A stretch of 63,645 bases of DNA, the filler included, from Chrysochromulina tobinii (lineage: Eukaryota): the NCBI GenBank assembly GCA_001275005.1. It is 7 parts of 7 records of this genome, joined end to end, with 100 filler letters (N's around TTAATTAATTAA, not from the genome) between each part and the next. Parts side by side here need not be neighbours in the genome. Positions count along the whole stretch, not along the records: positions 10,349 to 23,168 come from JWZX01000592.1; 6 more parts are not named here. One strand, 5' to 3'. Made by a program: the position numbers and the translations under genes. How positions within the stretch are numbered: position 1 is the first letter of the stretch; every line of letters begins with the position of its first letter. The notes under the pieces are model-generated. The model did no database searches. It saw nothing but the letters and a program-made list of their open reading frames with translations, and had not been told where the DNA came from. Of the stretch, positions 10,349 through 21,836 are shown in pieces.

Positions 10349-10698
10349 TTACGTGTGTAGGCTTTACTATTGACCCGCATTCACTCATTTGTCGGAAAGC
10401 GACGCGCTTGGTTTCACCCTGGCGTGCAACACGTCAATACGCCCCCCGCGCGCCGCGGGTAGCGAGACCGCTATCTACGAGCGCTCGAGTAGCCGCCGGT
10501 CTTCGTCTATAGCGACGGTAGCCAGAAGCAACGCCGCTCTAAAACGAAATGCTATACGGAACATACCGACGAGCACGGGGCGCTTCGTTGGCGGTGCGAG
10601 CTTCAGAAGAGTCGTATTAAAATTAGAGACCCGTATCGTTATCTGCGTCGGCTAGAGACAGGCACCTTGCGAGTTCGTGTCGTGCGGGCACCAAGCGC

Positions 10699-13317
10699 TC
10701 ATTCGAACAGCTTGTCCTTGCGCTTCACCGTCCTCCTCTTCTCGGGGTTGGCGGCCGCAGCCTCGGCGGCCTGTTTGGCTTTCTCGGCGTCGGCCTTTTT
10801 CTTTTTCTTGCCGATTCGGTCAAGGAGCGATCGCTCCTTTTGCTTCTTATCGTACTCCACCTTGAGCTTCTTCGCAGCCTTGATCTTGTCGCGCTTCATC
10901 TTACGCATGCGGTTGATATTGCGCCGCTCGCGCCACTGCGCGCGGCGCACCTCGAAGCGCTCGCGCAACGAGAGCGGCTTGCGGCGCTCGAGTTCGTCCC
11001 ACACGACTTGGGTGTGAACGACCGTATACGCGTCGTTCAGGATCGCAAGGAAGATGTTGAGCACGATGAAGAACATGAAGACGACGAAGAAGATGAAGAA
11101 AATGAGCGACCAGAGCGGCGAGACCTCGCGCATCTCCTCGAAGTCGAACTCGCCGAGCAGGATGAGGAAGAGCGTGCCAAGCGTGTCGATGAGCGATTTG
11201 AACCCCGCCGCCTGCATGCCGAAGATGTTGAGGCCCATGATGACGAAACCCATGAACAGGAAGACGAGCATGAGGAGGAAGACGCCCAGATCCGAGATCG
11301 CCTGCGACAGCGTGCGCTGGAGCAGCATCAGGTCTCGTTGCAGCGAAAAGTACTTGAGTGACTTGATGACGAGGACCATGATGGTGAAGGCGTCGATGAT
11401 GAAGACGCCTCCGTAGCTGCGTGCGAGTTCGGCCATCTCGCGGTACTCGTCCTCGGGCACCAAAGGAAATGGGTCGAAGGACGTGCGATTCTCGTTGAGG
11501 AAGAACATGAGGCGCAGAAAGATGGATAAGACCAGCGTGCCACAGAGGATGACGTCCACAATCACCCACGAGTCCTTGAAGAGGTTGCGGAAGTTCTTCG
11601 TGACTTTTTTCATGCGGTACATGCGCCACAAGATGTGCACACACTGCGCGATCGTGCCGATGACCACCATCGCCTCGGGGATGTACAGGAATATAATGCG
11701 GTTCGTCTCCTCGAAAGATTTGGGCTCGTACAGGTCGACACGTAGGATGCGGTTGAGAGCGTTTGGCACTACGCTCCCGCCCTGCGTGAACTCGATCATA
11801 AACTGCGAGATGCAGTAGTAGTTGTAGTTGCCATTGTACGTGTTCAGCGAGACGATGACCGCACGCGTCTGCACGTCTATCCACAAGTTCGACTTGAGGA
11901 AGTGGAGCGCCTCGATATAGGCGGAACGATTTCGGGGATCGAGGTCGCGCACGAAGCCGGAGCCATCGAAACTCGCGCCTGTCGCGGACCCTGAGATGTA
12001 GACGCCCTCCAGCTTGTTAGCGATGTCGGTCGAGAAGGTGAAGCCGGTCCCGTCGCCCGCGCCCTCCACCGCCTCCACCTCCCCCGCAAGGGGTCCAAAC
12101 GGCGCGGTGGATTTAAAGGCCTCGTCGTACGGCCCGTAGCAGTGGTCCACAAACTGGCGGTGGCGATGCATGCCGCTGCTCGTCACGTCCGTCTGCGAGA
12201 TGAGCTTCGAGAGGGTGCACGTGGTATCGGGCGCGATGCGCAGCTGGCGCAGCCGGATCTTGCCCACCACGCGGTTGTACGTCATCACATACCCTTTCCG
12301 GGCGTCTGGCACGTCGGCGCCGTTGTAGAGCGCGTCGGGGAATAGACCGTTCTGCAGCGGCCCCTCCATCCAGTCGAACATTTCGTTGGTGTTCGCGATG
12401 TCGAGGAAGGTGATCTCGCCGTACTCACCAAAGACCTCCTCCACGAACGCCGTCTGGATCGCCTCCTGCAGCAGGAACGCGTCGCGCACCGTGCGCCGGC
12501 TGTAGAGGGTCCAAATAAAGATGAAACTGAAGAAGAGGAACAGATAGAGCTCGTTGCGCATCTTGCGCCGGAGCGAGAGCTTCTGCTTCATGGTGAGGGT
12601 GCCGCCTTTGGCCTGCGCGAGCAGCAGCTCGTCCTCGACCGACGCGGCGATCGCGAGAAAAGACTGGTCCATCTCCTCCTCGCTCTCCTCCACCTCGGTC
12701 TCGGCACCATACATCTCGCCGCCCTCGTCCTGGACTTGCACCGCGACCGGCTTGATCTTCATCGCGATCTTGGACGCGGAGTTCCGATGCATCTCCAGCC
12801 GGCAGTACCCGTCGTTGGGCCAGATCGCGCCGCGCTCGTCCACCAGCATCACATCCTGCGCTGCCACGTCCCAGTAGCGTGCCGCATCATGTAGCAGCAT
12901 CTCGAAGGTGTAGTTGTCTTGCAGCGTCCAGAAGACCTCGTCGTCGTCAAACTCGACGCGCACCTTATCACTCACCGATACCGCCGACTGCTCCGTGATC
13001 GCCGAGGTGAACGCCTCGTCGCGGAAGCGCTCCTCCAGCACCTGCAGCAGCGCCGTCTCCACCTTCCGCGAGAGCTCATCCATCGTCATGCGGCTGTCGG
13101 CCACCACGATTTTCTCCTGCTGATCCGTCAGCTGCTTTTGCGCGTGAAGCTCGCCCATCAGCTGCTTGAGCCGCACGTTTGACGAAATGAGCTCCTCCTC
13201 CACATTGGCCCGCTCCTGCGTGATGTCCTTTAGCTTCTTTGAGACCTCCGCGTACTCCGTGTCCGCCTCATCGAACTGCTGCTCCAGATCCTTGATTTCA
13301 CGGCGGATAGCCGCCAT
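10699..13317 (-). CDS. Polycystin-2 / PKD2-like (TRPP) cation channel
   Basis: 872-aa intronless ORF: RLRQLR and LWIDxxTRAVIV extracellular polycystin-domain motifs, six TM helices, pore TLFLILLGEFDF, FIVLNIFLAILNDAY; N-terminal coiled coil. Confidence 0.92.
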   Translation of the reverse strand: MAAIRREIKDLEQQFDEADTEYAEVSKKLKDITQERANVEEELISSNVRLKQLMGELHAQKQLTDQQEKIVVADSRMTMDELSRKVETALLQVLEERFRDEAFTSAITEQSAVSVSDKVRVEFDDDEVFWTLQDNYTFEMLLHDAARYWDVAAQDVMLVDERGAIWPNDGYCRLEMHRNSASKIAMKIKPVAVQVQDEGGEMYGAETEVEESEEEMDQSFLAIAASVEDELLLAQAKGGTLTMKQKLSLRRKMRNELYLFLFFSFIFIWTLYSRRTVRDAFLLQEAIQTAFVEEVFGEYGEITFLDIANTNEMFDWMEGPLQNGLFPDALYNGADVPDARKGYVMTYNRVVGKIRLRQLRIAPDTTCTLSKLISQTDVTSSGMHRHRQFVDHCYGPYDEAFKSTAPFGPLAGEVEAVEGAGDGTGFTFSTDIANKLEGVYISGSATGASFDGSGFVRDLDPRNRSAYIEALHFLKSNLWIDVQTRAVIVSLNTYNGNYNYYCISQFMIEFTQGGSVVPNALNRILRVDLYEPKSFEETNRIIFLYIPEAMVVIGTIAQCVHILWRMYRMKKVTKNFRNLFKDSWVIVDVILCGTLVLSIFLRLMFFLNENRTSFDPFPLVPEDEYREMAELARSYGGVFIIDAFTIMVLVIKSLKYFSLQRDLMLLQRTLSQAISDLGVFLLMLVFLFMGFVIMGLNIFGMQAAGFKSLIDTLGTLFLILLGEFDFEEMREVSPLWSLIFFIFFVVFMFFIVLNIFLAILNDAYTVVHTQVVWDELERRKPLSLRERFEVRRAQWRERRNINRMRKMKRDKIKAAKKLKVEYDKKQKERSLLDRIGKKKKKADAEKAKQAAEAAAANPEKRRTVKRKDKLFE

Positions 13318-13770
13318 CGGCGACGGCTAGGATGCGTGGCAAGGCGCGCTTCGTGCTCGCACGCGCGGATGCGCGATATCGCCGACCGCACCCTGGGACA
13401 GCCCGGCGGCAGGGCCATCCAAAAATAGCCAACTTCGGAATTCGTTCGTTCGTTTCAGGGCCCTCTCGGCCAGACACACACCCACAAGCCCCGAAAAGGC
13501 GTGCGTCTGAGTGTGAATTTCAAGGCTGTGAATCCTTCACAACGCGCGCTTCTCCGGAGACACACTGACGCACATCCTTACGGACATATTCTCGGACACT
13601 TCACACATGCGATGACATCAGGGAGGACGCCGTCACGGACTCTCACCGTACACCGATAACAACCGCATCCAACAGGGCGTGGACGCGTCGTGCCGCAGAT
13701 GGTTGTGTGGCCCCGCGCCCCCCCCCTATGGATAGATTGCTGCGCCTTGGTCGTCGCCCATCTTGGCGCC

Positions 13771-16700
13771 TCACCTTTTGAGGGCCGCCGACTCGGAGAG
13801 CGTCTTCTGCAACCGCTGGGACAGGTCGACGTACGCGCCGCCGTGCTGGATTGCGAGGCGTGCCACGTGGGCCGCCGTGTTGCGCAGCTGTGCCTTGTCA
13901 TTGGGCGTGGGCGCCACTTTGGCCGCGAGCCCGAGCAGCTTGGCGCAGAGCGCGACGATTGGCTTGCTCGGCTCGGCGGTGCCGACGGCGAGCTCAAGCC
14001 ACTGAGTCAGGATCGCCACGAGCGCCCGCGCCGCATTCGCCTCCGTTGCCGCGAGCTCTCCCAGAGCGCTCAGCGCCGCCTCGAGCTCCCCGAGCAGAGA
14101 GCTGATCAGCTCCTGCAGCTTCTCCGTGTACTCGGGCTCGGAGGCGTACAGAACGTCGTTCGAGTCCACGCCGGGCACGCGGTACGGCAACTGGCGCTGC
14201 GCGTACGTCGAGAAGAGCGCGAGCATGCGCAGGTAGAGCAGCGGCTTCGACGCGAGCAGGCGCCACTTCAACTTTGGTTTTTGGACCTGGTTGAGCAGGC
14301 CGGCGGCCAAATAGAAGGGGCCGTTCTTCGGGTGGCCTGGCACCACGACGAGGAAGGCACATAAGCTCGAGAGCACCTCAAGCAGCGCCTCCTCGCGCCC
14401 GTTCGCCTCCCGAACGGCCAGGTTGCCCTGCGCCTCCGCGTGTTCGCCCTCCGCGAGCACCTCGGGCACCGCGGTCACGGCCGCCATGACCAGCGCGTCC
14501 ACCTGGGGAAGGAGCTGGTTCGCGAGCGCGACCTGCGCGCCGAGCAGGTTGAGCTTGATGCGCATGAGCGGCGCCTCGATCGTGGGCACCGTGATGAAGA
14601 CGAATGCGGCGCACGCGCGCTCGAAGGCGCCCGTCTTCTTCGTGTGACGCCCGCGCACAAGCGCGCGCGTGCTCATCATGAGTTGCGTCACGCCGAGTAC
14701 GAGCGTCGAGTGGACTGCATCGAGGTTGACGAAGGCGGCGCGGCAGTCGACGTAGAAGGAGAGCTGTGCCTCAAAGTCGGCGCCGAAGCCGACCTTGCGG
14801 ATGAAGGCCGTGATGAGCACACCCAGCTGGCGCCTCTCGTCATCGAAAGAAGTCGCATCGATCGAATCATGGAGCTGACGCGCCACATGCATCAGGCTAT
14901 TCACGAGCACCGGGTCCACAAACGTACCCGGCGTCGCGGCGAAGGTCTCCATGATGCGCCGCCAGATCTCAACGGCGTGCTCGCGGTCGAAGAGGGCGAG
15001 CAGCCGTTGGAGCGGCTCGAGGACGAAGATCGTCCCGAGCCTCTCAGGCCCCGACTGCTCGAGGATCGTGCTCACCTGATGAGGAAAGCAATCAGACGCA
15101 ATCAGTGGCCATCATCAGGGGCCATCAAGCATCATCAGGCCCCGACTGCTCGAGGATCGTGCTCACCACGCAAGCGAGCGGCCCATAGAGCTCCGTATAC
15201 GCCTTGTCGACGCTCACGCGCTTGAGCAGATCCTTGAGCAGCTTGTGCACCTCGGGCACGCCAAACTCGGTCAGCAGCAGCTGCAGGTACTGCGCCGCCA
15301 CGTCGACATAGATGCGTGCACTCTTTGATGCGCCGAGCTCCGCCCACACGTCGTTGAGCACCTGGAGCAACTCATCCTTCTTGGGCGGCTGCTTGCACAG
15401 GACGCGGCCGAGCGACACGTATAGGTGGTGGCGCGAGTACCCGCGCGCGTCGCTCTCCTTGATGAGGTCGCACATTGGGAGCGCGTTCGTCGCGATCACG
15501 CTCGCGTCGAAGGAGGAGATGATCGCATTGAGCACGATGGCGGCCTTGCACTGCTCGCGATATCTTTGGATGAGTGCGACGAGGGTCGCCTGGGTCGGGT
15601 GGTACTCAGCGAGCGAGTTGAGCAGCCACTCGAGCGCGGGCTGGAAGGTGCCAAAGTACTCGGTCGTCGTGATCTCCATCTTGACGTTGTGCAGCCCACG
15701 GATCAATTTTCCATCGGCGGCGTCGGCCGAAAAGGCGAGCTGGCGCTGGAAGATGGTGAATGTGTCGAGGACGGGCTCCTTGACGAGCAAGTGCGCGGAC
15801 GAGGGCGTGAGGTCGATCGCCTTGTGCACGAGGTACGAGCGTGCGTACGTGGCGGCGAGCGGGTCGCCGAATCCGCGGATCATGCGCGCGAGCCGCTGCA
15901 CGATGCCCGGCAGCTCGGAGCTGTCGATGAGCAGCCGGTAGCAGCGCAGGATGGAGAGCTCGACGTAGAATCTCGGCACGAGCTCGCGGATCGAGGCGAC
16001 CTTGTAGAACCAATTCTTGGTCGTCTCCTTGCCCTCCTCGGTGATCTCGGCAGGCGTGTATCCGGGCGGCAGCTTCTTGCCCGGAGGCTTACCCTTGTCG
16101 AGCACACGCTCGTATACGAGCTCTCCGAAGGCGTCGAGGATCTCGGCGACCACTGCGAAGACGGTCGGGAAAAAGGTGGGGAAGGAGGTGTCGCCGAGCA
16201 TCTTGCTCACCTGGATGGCGATCTTGAGCGCTCGAACACGCTCCTGGCCGTTCCACGCGGCGCGCAGCTCCTTGTTCAGGCTGTCGACACTCTCTACGAG
16301 TTTGCTCTGCGTCATATTTATGGTGCGTCCCTGCTCGACGGCGGTAGCCGCCTCGATCTGTTCGAGCCGGCCGCGCGTCTTGTGGTCGAGCATGACCTTC
16401 TTCTCGCCCGAAGGTCCCGCCTCGTCGATGTTCGAGCCCAGCTTCGAGGCGTCGCCGCCCTTGGAGTCGAGAATGTCCTGGTTCACACGCATGGTGCCTG
16501 TCGCCGCGTACTGCTTGAGGATCATCGCCCGACGGTCGCGCCAGGTGCGACGCGCATGCTCCTCGAGGGGTGGCGGGGCGATCACGGGGTTGCGGCCGCT
16601 CGCCGCAACGACGGACACGTCAAGCTTCGAGGGCTCGCCAAGCGGGTCGCCGAGCACGCCGAGCGGGTCGTCGCTGAGCGGGTTCGACGAGGCCGCCCCG

Positions 16701-16969
16701 ACCGGCTTCGCGCCGAGCGGTTTGTTGGAGCTCAGCGGGTCGCTCGCGCCGAGCGGATCGCTCGCCGCACCCAGAGGGTCGACGATCTCTTCCGGCGCCT
16801 TGGGAGGCGGCGCGCCCTTGGCGACTGCCTCGGCCGCCTCCTCCTCCTTTTTCTGGATGGCTTCGAGGCGCTCGACGGCCTCCTGCAGCGGATGACGTTC
16901 CGGAACGCTCGTAGCGCACGCGCGGGCCACCGCTTCGGCCGCGTAGTCGCGCTCCTTGGGCTGCCACAT
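13771..16969 (-). CDS. VPS35L: VPS35-like Retriever subunit (C16orf62 homolog); exons 16969-15167 and 15075-13771
   Basis: AWNGQERVRALKIAIQVSKML, ETTKNWFYKVASIRELVPRFYVE, RGFGDPLAATYARSYL, QLSFYVDCRAAF, VPGHP, GVDSNDVLY; GT-AG intron 15166-15076. Confidence 0.92.
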
Positions 16970-17371
16970 CGACTCTTGTGTCCCCGGCGGTGCCGGTATT
17001 CACGGCCACTGGTGTGATCAGAGGACTTTGAGCGCCACCCGGGAGGCGTAACCGCAGAGTCAAGTCAAGTCAGGTCAAGTCCCTCAGAATTTCGGCACAA
17101 ACAGTAGTACTTCGTCAGCGACGCGCGACGCCAATTGAACTCCGCACGGTTGCAGACTTGCAGTTCGCCCAGTATGATGTATGTTGTGCAGTACCAGTCG
17201 CTCCGCAGTCGAGTGCTGCACGCACTACAATTGAGGCTCGCACTCGAGCACAGCTAAGATAATAGCACCGCACTGTCGAGTGTGAAAATGCCGCGCCCGG
17301 TTTCGTATTGTAAATTATCGAAATGCCATAGCTCTTTTTTACGGGATTGTGCGTTGCCTGGGCGGGGGCAC

Positions 17372-17656
17372 GATATCGTGGAATCTCACGATATCGTCGG
17401 TGCGCGCGGCGATATCCGGTCCCGCCCCACGATATCGCGCCTCGCGCCCACGACAACGCGGGAAGGCACGATACCACGCCGCGTCGTGCGATATCGCGAG
17501 CCTATGTACGTTACCGCGCGGCCCACGGCATCGCAGATACCCACGATATCGCAGCCTCTCACACGATATCGGTGCCCTCCCAAGATATCGTGCGCGTTAC
17601 GATATTGCTAACCGGACTACAGACGTCTACAAAACGCGCGGAATCTCGCGATATCG
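17372..17656. repeat. Intergenic cluster of GATATC palindromes
   Basis: Nine GATATC sites at ~17372, 17390, 17411, 17431, 17490, 17545, 17565, 17584 and 17650. Confidence 0.8.
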
Positions 17657-17768
17657 TGACCCCCTCGTCGCGTGCTCGTCAAATAATATCGCAGTTATTT
17701 CGCACAAACCGACGAGTGGTGGGGTAATGTGCGTTCGGTTCTACGCGCTCCAAAAGAACTTGCGTGCT

Positions 17769-20277
17769 CTAGTCTGAAACTACGTTGCCCTCATTCAGCT
17801 GGCGCTGCTCGCGCCGCCTCTGATGCACTTCCAGCCAGCTCGAATAGCTGCTGGCGTCGCGGACGGCCTGGACGCCTGGCTGCAGCTCGCCCAGGTTGAT
17901 AAAGCTGGAGTCATGCTCCGACTCCACCGCCAATCGCTCGGCGTGGCCGCCATCGTCTGCGGTAGCATCCGCGGCGGCCGCAGTCGTCGCATCGTCGGCA
18001 CCCTCCTCGCGCCGCCACGCCGCGCGGCAGACAGGGCATTCACGGCGCGCGTGCACACCACGAGCGGCGAACCATCGTTGCATGCAGCGTGCGTGGAAGA
18101 GCCGCCCGCACCCGAGGCCGCAGTGGGTCGTAGGTGGGCCGTCGTGCACGTGCGCAGTCCTCGACGCCGTCGCGGCGGTTGGTGGACCGTGAGCGAGCGC
18201 CTCGGCGAGCACTTCGTCCGCCGCCTCATCCTCGATGGGGTCGTAGCAGATGGCGCACGGCTCATCCGCGTCGGCCGCTCGCGCAGCCACCTCGGCCACC
18301 ACCGGCGCCGGCGCCGGCGCCGCCGTCGCCTCCTCCCGCCCCATGACGCGCTGGTACGCGCGGCGTACAGCCGGGGACGCCAGTAGCTCCGCCGCTGTGC
18401 CCTCCTCCAAAGGCGCTCCGACGCCGCTGTCAGAGGCGCGGCGTTCGGCTGGCGTCTCGCCGTCGGGCAGCCCGTCGCCATCGGCTGGCGCATGGCCACG
18501 CGCGTGGCGTGGGGTGAGGATCTGGCGCAGCTCCTCGCGCAGCAGAGCGCGCTGCTGCAGGATGTGCAAATCGCGCTGTACGCGAAGCACCTTGGCATAC
18601 ACGAAGAGCAGGTGCTTGCACACCGTCCGCCGATCGCGGAAGTCGACGCATGTGCAGCTAGGCATGCGCGCCACGAGCACCTCGTACACGTTGCCTGTAG
18701 AGCCGAGCACTGCGAACTGCACGCGCAGACTCACCAGGCCGCTCTGGCTCACCTCGGAGAGATCGCGTCGCTCGATGAGGTAGAGTCGCTCTGACATGGC
18801 GCGCTCGAGACGCTGTGCAGATGCGACGCTCGACGAGCGGAACGGCGCCGCGCGCTTCTCGCCGCCGCCGCCGCCACCGCCCCCACTGCCACCAGGACTG
18901 GCGCCGTGGCCGTCCGCGCCGCTGCCCCCGGAGCGTGAGCGCTTATGCCCCGCCTCCTTCCCTTTGGCCTTTGGTGGAGGTGGCTTGGGCGGCGGGGCCA
19001 GCAGGCCCGCGCGCATCGCACGGGCGCGACGCACGACCCACGACTCATGCACGATCGGGGCGTATGGGCACGCGCCACGTACAATCGAGCCCGCCTCGAC
19101 ACCCTCCGCCGCGACAATCAGCGTCACCTCCTGCTTCGAGTACCTGCTATTCGCGCCCACGACGGCGGCGCCCAGCTCCTGCAGTCGCGCCATCAGCACC
19201 TCTCGTGACTGGTAGAGCTTGAACTCCTTGCCTACTACCCATGCGACCGTGCCGGGAGGCAACTCGAGCGGCTCCTCCGACGCGGGCGCCGAGGCCGGCG
19301 TGGCCGCGCACGCCGACGAGGAGGGCGTACCGGTACCCGCCGCGACGGCGCCGCACGCCCCATGCTCGCCCGCCGTCTCGGGCACCTCACCTTGATTCGG
19401 CCCGAAATGGATCGCCAGGGCCGCCTCGACGCTCCCCTCGCCCTCTGCGAGGATGCGCGACAGGTACGCCGGCGATGCATGAATCCCAATCACCTCGGCC
19501 AGCATCGCCATCAGCGGCGCGCTGGCCTCCGCCTGCGCCGCCTCTGCCACCGCCGCTGGCTTGAGAAGAGGCAGGCTGCTGCTGCAGCTGGGGCTATAGC
19601 TGCTGCTGCTGCTGCCCAGGGGCAACGGCGAGGCAGAGGCCAGCGGCGGAGCCAGCCGTCTGCCAGAAAGACGCCAGAGCGTTTTCTGGTGCTCCACGTC
19701 CACGTCAGCCATCCACGCGTCCTCCACAGAAGAGGACGGACGGACGGACGTCAGGTCACCAACACGGCGCTCGTCGCGCCGACCTGAGCGTCCGAAAGAG
19801 TCCGCATCGATGCCGGTCCCGCTGCTCCCAGCCATCGGCGCGTCCTTGGGCCGAAAATGCCACGTGAGCGTGCGCCGATCGTGCGCCGCGTTCATATCCT
19901 TGGCAAAGAGGCTCGCGAGCTTCTCGCGGGCTGCAGCCGTGTCCGCATTGACGGTGGGTACGAGCACCGACGGGCGCAGCGCGCGAACGAGCGCATGAAG
20001 CTCGGGGAAGGACGAATGCTCTGAGTAGGGCACTCCGTACAAGCGCGTGCGCCCGTCGTTCTCCGTCCAGGGCTTGGGGATGAAGATGGAGCCGCATGGC
20101 GGGCAGACGCTAGCAGCACTGCCGATGCCGATGCTGCCGATACTGCCGATGCTTCCGCCTCTGCCGCCGCTGCCGATGCTGCCGATGCTGCCGCCGCTGC
20201 CGCCGCTGCCGCCGCGGCCGCCGCTGCTTCGGCCGCGGCCGCCGCTGCTGCGTTTGCTCGCAGCAACACAGCGTGTC

Positions 20278-20312
<35 letters not shown>

Positions 20313-21533
20313 GTTACCATCGACAGCATCGGCCGGGCGCCCGCGACGGTGTGGGATCATATCGATCTCATCCTCGTCCTCGGAAGAGGACTCGACGGTG
20401 GCGGCCTCAATGGGGGCCTGGAGGGAGGCGGTGGCATCGCCGCCCTCGCCGCCGCCGTCGCCCTCACCGCCCTCGCCGCCCCTGCCGACCTCGCCGCCAC
20501 CTCCGCCACCGCCACCCTCGCCGCCGCCCTCGTCGCCGCCCTCGTCGCCGCCTGCTGCTGGACGCGCGTGCGCATACGCGCGCTGGCACGCGTGCGCGGC
20601 GTGCGCCTTGGTGTACGTCCATCCGGTCGGTCGGAAGGTGACGACCGCCGCGTACCGCTCGCCGCTCTGCTGCAGGGTCTCGAGCATCTCCTGATGAGCC
20701 TCGAGTCCCATGCCGCCCAGCGGGCTCACGTGCACACGCACATCGGGCGCGTCGGACTCCGTGTGCAGCCGATCGTCCCAGGCGTGGCAGAGCCGAAGCG
20801 AGACGGCGCGCCGCGACGGCACGAGCGCCCGCCCGCCCGCGGCGCGAGCCACCGCCGAGATGGCCTTCTCCTTCCCGACCTGATACGAGCCAACGACGAA
20901 GAGAGTGCGCGGCTCGCGCGCGAGCTCGGCCGCGACGATGGCGCCCAGCTGCTCGAGCGCGAGCTCCTGCGGCGGGAACGTCCAGCGCGACTGCGCGTAC
21001 GTCGTATCAAGGTAGAGGCAGTCGAGGTAGGAGGCGGCGGCGACGACGGCAGAGTCGGCACAGGCACCTCCGCTTGAAGCGGCAGGAGTGGAAGCGGCCG
21101 ATCCCTCTGTAGTCGCCCGCGATGCGGCAGCAACGGCTGCACTGATTATGGGGTCGCTGGCGCGGCAGTCGCCAGTGTGCAGCGCGCGATAGCCAGTCGC
21201 GAGGTGTACGAAGAGGAACATGAGCGAGCCCGGGCAGTGGCCCGCGTCGAGCGCAGTGACGGCCACACCCTCGACGGTGAGCGTCTCGCCAACCTCGAGC
21301 GTCTGGAGGAGCTTGCCTTTGACTCCGATGGTTGCGCGCAGCACGCGCGCCGTGAGCCCCGAGCAGTAGATTGTGCCGACGTCAAAGGAGCTATGCAGAC
21401 CACAGGTGTGGTCCGAGTGGGCGTGCGTGAGAAAATAGTGGCGTACCTCGGGCTGGAGGAAGTTGAAGCCATCAACGATGAACGCGTCGAGCGGCGCGCG
21501 CAGCCGCTTGAGGCTGGAGTGCTGCGTGGCCAT
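17769..21533 (-). CDS. SNM1/PSO2-type metallo-beta-lactamase/beta-CASP DNA repair nuclease fused to BRCT-like, SWIM and RING domains
   Basis: THAHSDH, DAGHCPGS, HTGDCR, LYLDTTY, FRPTGW, PYSEHSS. BRCT-like LGAAVV...IVHESWV; SWIM CTCVDF..CKH; RING CAIC...C..H..C...CPVCR. Confidence 0.88.
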
Positions 21534-21836
21534 GATGTTGCGCCCTCGCCGAGGGCGCAGGCAGCGCGCAAGCCTTCGGCAGCCGTGGCGCGTGCAAAAA
21601 AGGTGTGAATGACGCAAACCAGGCTGTGAATGCCAACAACCCTCTTAATACCCGGACGGTGCGGCAACAGCTCCAGGTCGGCTGTGCTGTTGGCTCCAAT
21701 CTCCATGATGATCTCCGTCGTACCCAGCGCTGTGGGCAGCGTCCCATTCCGCGCGCAGCCTCGCCACGTCGATGGTCGCGGAGAGCATCCCGTTGAGCCG
21801 AGTCGGGCGCTGGCGACACATCCGATCGGCAAGGCG

